Below, piece by piece: positions 9,777 to 16,973 of a stretch of 64,000 nucleotides of DNA (positions are counted from its first letter, which is position 1; each line of letters opens with the position of its first letter). Both the position numbers and the translations under genes were made by a program. The notes below the pieces were generated by a model. The model was not told the DNA's origin. It ran no database searches and saw nothing but the letters and a program-made list of their open reading frames with translations. This DNA comes from Candidatus Parcubacteria bacterium. GTDB lineage: Bacteria; Patescibacteriota; Minisyncoccia; Phycocordibacterales; JAACPR01. The DNA lies in contig JBEBBG010000015.1 of the NCBI GenBank assembly GCA_041158505.1, positions 12,642 through 76,641 on the forward strand, given 5' to 3'.

Positions 9777-10203
9777 TGGTTACATCACGCGCATCTTGTG
9801 GCGCGTCATCAGGAACAGAAAGAGAAATGGTTGTTTTGTTCTGTGGAAGCGCATCGGCAATGTGCTCAGGCCACTCAATAAGCATGAGGTTTGTCGTATC
9901 TGCAAGTAGCTCGTCGAATCGCAGCGGCGCAAGCTCATCGAGTGATTCAATGCGATACGCATCAATGTGCACAAGCTGTGCAAAGCGCTGCCCCGCAAGC
10001 GGATACTGCTTCATGAGCACAAACGTGGGACTCGTGACTGATTCGGTGACACCGAGTGTCTGCGCAAACTGTTGTGACAGCGTTGTCTTGCCCGCACCCA
10101 CATTTCCAGAAAGTGCCACGACATGCGCGCCACCAGAAAGTGGTGAGAGGTTTGAAACGATATCTGCCGCCAATTGCCGCATGCCGTCGAGTGAAATCTG
10201 CAT
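9754..10203 (-). CDS. tsaE: t6A biosynthesis ATPase TsaE
   Basis: LSGNVGAGKTT, VTSPTFVLM, HIDAYR, LIEWP. Confidence 0.95.
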   Translation of the reverse strand: MQISLDGMRQLAADIVSNLSPLSGGAHVVALSGNVGAGKTTLSQQFAQTLGVTESVTSPTFVLMKQYPLAGQRFAQLVHIDAYRIESLDELAPLRFDELLADTTNLMLIEWPEHIADALPQNKTTISLSVPDDAPQDARDVTIAYASTT

Positions 10204-10261
10204 GTAGTAAGCATAGCAAACGCACGAGTGACGCGGCAGTAGACAAGGATAAAAGAAAAGG

Positions 10262-10298
10262 GCCGGTCGAAATGAAGCAGAGCTTCATTTCGACCGGC
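10262..10298 (-). terminator. Intrinsic terminator of the 10322-11014 ORF
   Basis: Perfect 17-bp stem GCCGGTCGAAATGAAGC/GCTTCATTTCGACCGGC, 3-nt loop, T-rich tail on the minus strand. Confidence 0.8.
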
Positions 10299-10321
10299 GT
10301 TCCTCGTGTTGTGAAGGCAGC

Positions 10322-11014
10322 CTAGTTGCCCCACCCTGGCCCTTGAGCCCACCAAACGGTGTAGTACCCGTTTGGGTGTACCGAGCCCGAAGGGTGACGC
10401 ATCGGATACCCCTGGGTCGACGCCATCATCGGCGGTCCCGAGGGACGCGGTGCCGGACGACGGTGCTGCTGCGGCGGTGGCGACTGGCGGCGATACTGCG
10501 GTGGTGCGATCCGGCTGGGAGCCGGAGACCCTCCGCCGTTCACGTAGACAGGTGGTCCGACACGCATGCCGGGAGGCAGCTCACGGACAAATTGCCCGTT
10601 GGGCAGACGGTAGCCCAGCAGTTGCGGATTGGGGCACGGTGGTTCCATCGGCATAGACACACGTCTGCAGTGCGGATCGCCAGGCGTACAGGACGACGTG
10701 CGTCCACCGCCGGTGAAGCGACCATCACGCGAGGCAAGCCCCGCCATGGTCGGCGCCGCGACCACCGTGGTGCGATTGACCACGGTGGTGTTGTGGTTGT
10801 GTTGGCTCCGGTCCACGTTCACGTGGTTGCCGTTACCGTTCACGACGACGTTGACGTCGCCATTGTTGCCACGGTTCGACTGACGGGTCGAGGTCTTCTT
10901 GACCTTCTTGTTCGAGCTGTTGCCCGAGAAGAGGTTCAAAAGACCAGCTTCCACCGGGGCGGGGGCCGCGATGGCAGCGGCGAGGACAAAAACGAGAGGA
11001 ATGAGTTTTTTCAT
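10322..11014 (-). CDS. Secreted low-complexity hypothetical protein (Asn/Val-rich then Pro-rich), GC-rich ORFan
   Basis: Signal peptide MKKLIPLVFVLAAAIAAPAPVEA-G; own promoter upstream and terminator downstream. Confidence 0.7.
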   Translation of the reverse strand: MKKLIPLVFVLAAAIAAPAPVEAGLLNLFSGNSSNKKVKKTSTRQSNRGNNGDVNVVVNGNGNHVNVDRSQHNHNTTVVNRTTVVAAPTMAGLASRDGRFTGGGRTSSCTPGDPHCRRVSMPMEPPCPNPQLLGYRLPNGQFVRELPPGMRVGPPVYVNGGGSPAPSRIAPPQYRRQSPPPQQHRRPAPRPSGPPMMASTQGYPMRHPSGSVHPNGYYTVWWAQGPGWGN

Positions 11015-11072
11015 GGAGTGGGATAGATCTATTGGGTTTGCTTTCCAATCAATCGGAGAAGCATTTGCCAGA

Positions 11073-11100
11073 ATATTAACACAAAAACAGTGTTTGTCAA
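11073..11100 (-). promoter_or_regulatory. Sigma70-type promoter for the 10322-11014 ORF
   Basis: Minus strand TTGACA-16 nt-TAATAT with TG extension. Confidence 0.6.
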
Positions 11101-11167
11101 TACAAACAAACCACAATCCCCCATTCTCCCAAAATCCCAAACACACCGCATGCTACAATACAGACCA

Positions 11168-12934
11168 ATGATGCAACGTTTTGCAGATGAAGAATTACGC
11201 GACGAGCGGCTGGCCGAGCTGCACCGCAAGGAAGAAGAGCAACTCGCGCAGATTTTGGCGGAAAAGTACCAAATTCCGTACGCGGATCTAACACGCCTCA
11301 CTATCGACACCGACGGTCTTCGTATTATTCCCGAAGAGGATGCGCGCAAAGCAAAGCTTGCAATCTTTGACCTCATCGGCCAGCGCGTACGCGTTGCCCT
11401 TCTTGCACCCGGTCGCGAGGACACCCAGTCGATTCTCAAAGACCTCGAGACTCGCGGCTACATCATTGAGCCATTCATGGTTTCAACGCAGAGCTTGGAA
11501 CGCGCATGGGAACGCTACAAAGAAATCTCATTTGCAAGCGTCACCAAAGAAGGAACCCTCGACATCTCGAGCCAAGACATCGAGACATTCATCAATCAGG
11601 TGCACAAAATTGATGACGTAAAATCCCTCATCGAAGAGGTGATGCAAATGAAAAAAAGCTTCCGTATTTCTCGGATTGTAGAAATTGTGATGGCAAGCTC
11701 AATTGCGCTCGGTGCGTCAGACATTCACGTAGAACCAGAAGAAGAATTCATTCGGCTTCGATTCCGTCTCGACGGCGTGCTTGTAGAAATTACCTCATTT
11801 GATCTGGACACCTACAACCTCCTCCTCTCCCGCATCAAACTGCTCTCGGGCATGAAGTTGAATATTAAAGAAAATGCACAGGACGGACGCTTTAGTGTAA
11901 AGATTGGCGAACGCGATATTGAAATTCGTTCATCAACGCTTCCGGGTAACTACGGTGAATCAATCGTTATGCGCCTTCTTGATCCAACCTCAATTCAAGT
12001 AAAGATTCAGGACCTTGGTGTGCCAGACAAGCTCATGAAAGTGTTCCTCGAGAATCTCGCGAAGCCAAACGGCATGATCCTCAACACTGGTCCAACCGGT
12101 TCGGGTAAAACCACCACCCTCTATGCGTTCATGCGCTTAAAGAAAACCCCTGAAATTAAAATCATCACCATCGAAGATCCGATTGAGTACCACCTTGAAG
12201 GTATTGTGCAAACACAAGTTGATGCAAAGAAAGGATACGACTTCGCTTCAGGACTTAAGCGATCACTTCGCCAAGACCCAGACGTCATTATGGTTGGTGA
12301 GATCCGAGACCTTGAAACCGCTGAGACAGCGATTCATGCTGCACTCACCGGTCACCTCGTGTTTTCAACACTGCACACCAACAACGCAGCCGGTACGTTT
12401 ACCCGCCTCATTGACCTTGGTATCAACCCAAAGATTCTGACATCAGCAATCAGTATGGCGATCGCACAACGTCTCGTGCGACGCCTCTGCCCACACTGCA
12501 AAAAACCACAACGCATGGCCGGCAGCACACTCACCACCATGAAAAATGTATACGACAGCATTAAAGAACCCGAGGTTCCATGGTCAGAAACAATGTTTGT
12601 ACCAGGCGGTTGCCCCGAGTGTAATAACACTGGCTACAAGGGACGAGTTGGTGTCTTTGAGGCCGTGCTTTCAGATCAGCACGTTGAACAAGCGCTTGAA
12701 ATGAACCCAAGCGAACGTGAAATTAAGCAAGCAGCAGAACCACAGGGTATTATGGATATGGCGCAAGACGGTGTAACCAAGATTCTTAAGGGAACAACAT
12801 CGCTTGAAGAACTTGAGCGCGTCGTCGACATCAGTTCACGCAGTGGTATTGGTGATGCACCAGATGGCTGGGGCAACGATCCCGCAAAAGCTGCGGCAAA
12901 AAACGCAATTGACATCAGCAGTATTGCAGAGTAG
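11168..12934 (+). CDS. pilB: Type IV pilus/T2SS assembly ATPase, PilB/GspE family
   Basis: ASDIHVEP, QDGRF, TGPTGSGKTTTLY, TIEDPIEY, LRQDPDVIMVGEIRD, TGHLVFSTLHTN, CPHC..CPEC zinc motif. Confidence 0.92.
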   Translation: MMQRFADEELRDERLAELHRKEEEQLAQILAEKYQIPYADLTRLTIDTDGLRIIPEEDARKAKLAIFDLIGQRVRVALLAPGREDTQSILKDLETRGYIIEPFMVSTQSLERAWERYKEISFASVTKEGTLDISSQDIETFINQVHKIDDVKSLIEEVMQMKKSFRISRIVEIVMASSIALGASDIHVEPEEEFIRLRFRLDGVLVEITSFDLDTYNLLLSRIKLLSGMKLNIKENAQDGRFSVKIGERDIEIRSSTLPGNYGESIVMRLLDPTSIQVKIQDLGVPDKLMKVFLENLAKPNGMILNTGPTGSGKTTTLYAFMRLKKTPEIKIITIEDPIEYHLEGIVQTQVDAKKGYDFASGLKRSLRQDPDVIMVGEIRDLETAETAIHAALTGHLVFSTLHTNNAAGTFTRLIDLGINPKILTSAISMAIAQRLVRRLCPHCKKPQRMAGSTLTTMKNVYDSIKEPEVPWSETMFVPGGCPECNNTGYKGRVGVFEAVLSDQHVEQALEMNPSEREIKQAAEPQGIMDMAQDGVTKILKGTTSLEELERVVDISSRSGIGDAPDGWGNDPAKAAAKNAIDISSIAE

Positions 12935-12978
12935 CAGAACAAACGAGCGTTACATAATAAAAAAAAGTAACTGCCTAG

Positions 12979-13006
12979 TTGTGTATCTACTAAAAGTCGC
13001 TATAGT
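12979..13006 (+). promoter_or_regulatory. Putative promoter of the intergenic structured RNA
   Basis: TTGTGT(12979-84)-16 nt-TATAGT(13001-06). Confidence 0.45.
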
Positions 13007-13045
13007 GGCTCTCAAGTAGTGTCGTTGTTCAGCAAGAAATAAAAA

Positions 13046-13206
13046 ATTTGAAACGGTAGATCTCTAAGCGAGCCATCGAACCGTGCCAATGGTAGACAAA
13101 TAGTTAAGGATAGCCCCAGCAATCACGCGAAAGCGTGAAACCAGGAGCGTCCTTGATTACGTGCCTATAGACAATGTCTATCGCTTAGAGATCTACCGTT
13201 TCAAAT
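13046..13206 (+). ncRNA. Rod-shaped structured RNA, candidate 6S RNA
   Basis: Perfect 26-bp closing stem (13046-13071/13181-13206), central bubble, 11-bp GU-containing inner stem (13101-11/13149-59), apical TCACGC-GAAA-GCGTGA. Confidence 0.6.
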
Positions 13207-13272
13207 ATCGCACCCATCGTCCAGTCGTTTACGGCGGTAGGTTGTGCTAGAATGATACCATATCCAAACACT

Positions 13273-14298
13273 ATGTCAACCCCCCAGGAAACAACGGGCC
13301 AAAACAGCACCGGAGAGGCAACCTTCCTCGATCGCGAGCTGCGCCCTGCAACCTGGGACGAATACGTCGGACAGGGGCCAATTAAAGCCAATTTACAAGT
13401 ACTTCTTGAGGCAGCAGCGGGTCGTGGTCACCCCCCAGAACATATTTTATTTTATGGACCACCAGGTCTTGGAAAGACGACGCTGGCGTACCTTATCGCA
13501 AAACACATTGGTGCGCAAATAAAAATCACCTCAGGACCATCAATTGAGAAAGTTGGCGATCTCGCATCACTCCTCACCAACCTAAACACTGGTGATATTC
13601 TCTTTATTGACGAAATTCACCGTCTTAATCGCTCAATTGAGGAAGTTCTCTACCCCGCAATGGAATCCGGCGTGCTCGACATCATTATTGGAAAAGGTCC
13701 GTCTGCACGAACCATCCAGCTTGAACTTCCATCATTCACACTGATTGCTGCAACAACACGCATTGCAATGCTCTCTGCCCCACTACGATCACGATTCTCT
13801 GGCGGCACACACCGTCTTGAATTTTATAGCAACGACGACATCGTCACCATTCTCAAGCGCTCTGCTCGTATTCTTGGCATTGCGCTTGATGATGAAGCCG
13901 CACTTGAAATTGCAAAGCGCTCACGCCACACACCGCGAACAGCAAATTTTCTCCTCAAGCGTTGCCGAGACCTTGCACAGGTACGGGGCACGGCGCTCAA
14001 TCGAGACAGCGTGATTGAAACACTGCACATGCTCGATATTGATGAAAAAGGCCTCACAAAAGCAGACCGGGACCTGCTCTCAATTCTCGTTACCAAATTC
14101 AACGGCGGCCCTGTAGGAGTAAACACGCTCGCGACCGCAATGCACGAAGAATCAGCAACGGTGGAAGAATTTCATGAACCGTACCTCATTCAGCTCGGCC
14201 TTCTCGAACGCACACCCCGCGGCCGCATAGCAACACCTGCTACATACGAACATCTCGGGCTCGATACACCTACACATATTCAAGAAAAGTTACTGTAA
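13273..14298 (+). CDS. ruvB: Holliday junction branch migration ATPase RuvB
   Basis: LRP..WDEYVGQ, GPPGLGKTTLA, LFIDEIHRL, EEVLYPAME, LSAPLRSRF, GGPVG, EPYL, RTPRGR. Confidence 0.97.
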   Translation: MSTPQETTGQNSTGEATFLDRELRPATWDEYVGQGPIKANLQVLLEAAAGRGHPPEHILFYGPPGLGKTTLAYLIAKHIGAQIKITSGPSIEKVGDLASLLTNLNTGDILFIDEIHRLNRSIEEVLYPAMESGVLDIIIGKGPSARTIQLELPSFTLIAATTRIAMLSAPLRSRFSGGTHRLEFYSNDDIVTILKRSARILGIALDDEAALEIAKRSRHTPRTANFLLKRCRDLAQVRGTALNRDSVIETLHMLDIDEKGLTKADRDLLSILVTKFNGGPVGVNTLATAMHEESATVEEFHEPYLIQLGLLERTPRGRIATPATYEHLGLDTPTHIQEKLL

Positions 14299-14351
14299 CC
14301 TTCGCATGCTAGCTTTTTTCAAGCAAAAAAGTTTGGTATGCTCAAAAAACT

Positions 14352-14882
14352 ATGTCAGGACATAATAAATGGTCAAAAATTAAACGAAAGAAGGGTGCGG
14401 AAGACGCTCGAAAGAGTCAGATTTTTTCTCGATACTCAAAGCTCATCACTAACGAATCAAAGAAATGTAACGGCGATGTTCGTTCTCCAGGGCTCGCGAC
14501 AGTGATTGAAGCGGCAAAGAAAGAGAATATGACCAAGGATGCAATCGATCGTGCAGTAAAGAAAGGAACAGACAAAGATACTGCGTCACTCGAATCAGTT
14601 ACCTACGAAGCATACGGTCCAGGCGGTGTTGCAATCATCATCGATGCACTCACCGACAACAAAAACCGGACAGGACCTGAGATTCGACATATTTTTACTA
14701 AAGCAGGTCTTGAGCTCGCAACACCAGGCGCTGCGCAATGGGCATTCACCCGCCAAAACAACGAGTGGATTCCAAATACCACCACCGAAATTTCAGAAGA
14801 AGATCAGGAAAAACTAGGAGACCTCTTTGAAAAGCTCGATGAGCACGAGGATGTACAGGGCGTATTCACCAACGCCGCGTAG
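14352..14882 (+). CDS. yebC: YebC/PmpR-family protein (short form)
   Basis: MSGHNKWSKIKRKKG, YEAYGPGGVAIII, TDNKNRT, DVQGVFTN. Confidence 0.92.
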   Translation: MSGHNKWSKIKRKKGAEDARKSQIFSRYSKLITNESKKCNGDVRSPGLATVIEAAKKENMTKDAIDRAVKKGTDKDTASLESVTYEAYGPGGVAIIIDALTDNKNRTGPEIRHIFTKAGLELATPGAAQWAFTRQNNEWIPNTTTEISEEDQEKLGDLFEKLDEHEDVQGVFTNAA

Positions 14883-14905
14883 TGTTGTTGGTGTACAATA
14901 CACCC

Positions 14906-15397
14906 ATGATTGTGCTTGGAGTAGACCCCGGATACGAACGGCTTGGTATCGCCATTCTTCGCAAAGATGCAGGAGATAGACGAGAGACACTCCTCTACTC
15001 AACGTGTTTTCGTACAAGCCCGAAAGACGCACATGCACTACGGCTTGCCCAGATTTTACAGCATATTATGCATATTATCGAGGTACACAAGCCAGACGTA
15101 TTGGCCATAGAAACCTTATTTTTCAGTAAAAACACCACAACGGCACTTAAGGTTGCAGAAGCTCGCGGTACGGTGATTGCGGCCTGTGCAGGTAAAGGGC
15201 TCCAGGTACTTGAATTTTCTCCACAAGATATTAAAATCGCTGTCACCGGAAATGGTTCGAGCGATAAAACGCAGGTCATGAAAATGATCCCCCTGCTCAT
15301 CGCCATGCCGGAGCAGAAGAAACTCGACGACGAGTACGATGCAATTGCAGCAGGACTTACCTGCTTTGCGATGAGCAAAAATATCCACACACGGTAG
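14906..15397 (+). CDS. ruvC: Holliday junction resolvase RuvC
   Basis: LGVDPGYERLG, AIETLFF.KN, VAEARG, IKIAVTG.G...K.QV, DDEYDAIA. Confidence 0.95.
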   Translation: MIVLGVDPGYERLGIAILRKDAGDRRETLLYSTCFRTSPKDAHALRLAQILQHIMHIIEVHKPDVLAIETLFFSKNTTTALKVAEARGTVIAACAGKGLQVLEFSPQDIKIAVTGNGSSDKTQVMKMIPLLIAMPEQKKLDDEYDAIAAGLTCFAMSKNIHTR

Positions 15398-15452
15398 TGT
15401 TGTCAGATATTGTAGGTATGTTACAAAGTGCAGGTATAACTAAGTAAGTATT

Positions 15453-15605
15453 ATGTCACCAGACGAATTTGACCGAGACGAGATGCTCAACGAAGAAGAT
15501 GAACTTCCTGTAGACCTTGATGATGAGGAGCTAGATTTTGACGGCGAGGATCTCGAGGACGAAGTGGAAGACTCATTCGACGACGAAGAGGGGGAGGCAT
15601 TTTAA
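15453..15605 (+). CDS. 50-aa highly acidic microprotein (not in the ORF track)
   Basis: MSPDEFDRDEMLNEEDELPVDLDDEELDFDGEDLEDEVEDSFDDEEGEAF; 28/50 Asp+Glu; strong GAN codon periodicity; terminator follows. Confidence 0.75.
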   Translation: MSPDEFDRDEMLNEEDELPVDLDDEELDFDGEDLEDEVEDSFDDEEGEAF

Positions 15606-15633
15606 CCCAATTCGCACGTACCGCGTGCATCAC

Positions 15634-15670
15634 GAAAAAGCGGCCGAGGCAAAGCCTCGGCCGCTTTTTC
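15634..15670. terminator. Bidirectional terminator between the acidic ORF and tyrS
   Basis: Perfect 17-bp stem GAAAAAGCGGCCGAGGC-AAA-GCCTCGGCCGCTTTTTC. Confidence 0.85.
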
Positions 15671-15696
15671 TTTACTCCCTTTACCCTCCCCGCAGA

Positions 15697-16908
15697 CTAC
15701 TTAATCTGAATCTTCACAAACCGCTTCTTACCAACTCGATACACTCCCGCGGTTACAGTTGCAGCAATATCAACAACCTTATCTCCATCCACAACAGTAA
15801 TGGCGCCCTCTTTTACCAAACGCTTAAAATCAGTCTTTGATGAAACAACCTGCTCATCAACCAATACATCACAGAGCATTGTTCCAACAGAAGCAGTAAT
15901 AACTGGCACATCTTCTGGTACGCCGCCTTTTGTAAAGGCCTGCTCAAAGTTTGCCTCTGCTGCCACCGCCGCAGCAGCACCATGGTACAAGGTCACAATC
16001 TCTCGCGCCAACCTCATCTTGCTCTCTTTTGGATTTTCACCGCCAGCAATCTTTTGCTCAATTATCGCAAGCTCCGCAAGCGACACATCGGTGCACAACT
16101 TAAAGTATTTTCCAATCAGTTCGTCTCGTACGGCCATTGTTTTCCCGTACATATCGTTTGGTGTATCAGTAATCGCAATCACATTACCCCAACTCGAAGA
16201 CATTTTGCGACCATCAGTACCCTCAAGCATTTCAACGGTTAGCACATCTTGCTCAGGCTTTCCAAAATGCTTCTGAATTGCGCGTCCTGCCTTTACATTA
16301 AACAACTGATCGAACCCGCCAAGTTCAACATCTGCGTTAACGACCACAGAATCGTACCCCTGCATAATCGGGTACAGGAATTCTCGAAGTGAAACTTCGT
16401 CACCCCGATCCAGTCGCTCTTTAAAGTTTCGGCGCGCAGTCATTTGTGATACCGAAAAGCTCTCTGCTAGTTGTGCGACCTCTTTAAACGAAAGCTTTGC
16501 AAGCCAGGTACTGTTGTAGTGAAACTCTGCCTGTGACAAATCAATGATTTTACCAACCTGCTCCTTGTACGATGTAAGGTTGCGCGTGATGTCCGCCTCG
16601 GTAAGCATTGGTCGCTTCTCAAGTTTATCTGACGGATCCCCAATGAGTGCAGTGAAGTCTCCAACAATAAACACGGCCTTATGGCCCAATTTCTGGAAAT
16701 CACGCAGCTTACGAAGCACCGAAGCCCTCCCCAGGTGAATATGCGCAGATGTTGGGTCAACACCAAGCTTTACGCGCAACTGCTTACCCGATCGAAGCTT
16801 TTGTTCGAGTGAAGCGCGAACAAACGTGTCTTCGACACCACGCGTAAGAATCTCGGTAATCTGCCGCTCATCAGTACTTACTACTGGCGCTTTTTTCAAA
16901 CCAAACAT
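15697..16908 (-). CDS. tyrS: Tyrosine--tRNA ligase
   Basis: KLGVDPT..HIHLGR, GDFTALIGDPS, YPIMQGYDS, GGFDQLFN, KMSSS, S4-like C-terminal domain. Confidence 0.96.
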   Translation of the reverse strand: MFGLKKAPVVSTDERQITEILTRGVEDTFVRASLEQKLRSGKQLRVKLGVDPTSAHIHLGRASVLRKLRDFQKLGHKAVFIVGDFTALIGDPSDKLEKRPMLTEADITRNLTSYKEQVGKIIDLSQAEFHYNSTWLAKLSFKEVAQLAESFSVSQMTARRNFKERLDRGDEVSLREFLYPIMQGYDSVVVNADVELGGFDQLFNVKAGRAIQKHFGKPEQDVLTVEMLEGTDGRKMSSSWGNVIAITDTPNDMYGKTMAVRDELIGKYFKLCTDVSLAELAIIEQKIAGGENPKESKMRLAREIVTLYHGAAAAVAAEANFEQAFTKGGVPEDVPVITASVGTMLCDVLVDEQVVSSKTDFKRLVKEGAITVVDGDKVVDIAATVTAGVYRVGKKRFVKIQIK

Positions 16909-16973
16909 GCCGAGATTGTAGCACGGATGGCTGTTTTCGTCCTTTTATTGTATAGTCTGCACACCATACACAC

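Noticed and set aside
13046-13206. The 26-bp inverted repeat as a CRISPR repeat/anti-repeat (TTGAAAC/GTTTCAA ends, GTAGAT/ATCTAC) or as retron a1/a2 arms
   Set aside because: Only two inverted copies, no spacers, and no cas or reverse transcriptase gene in the window. A single structured RNA explains it better.
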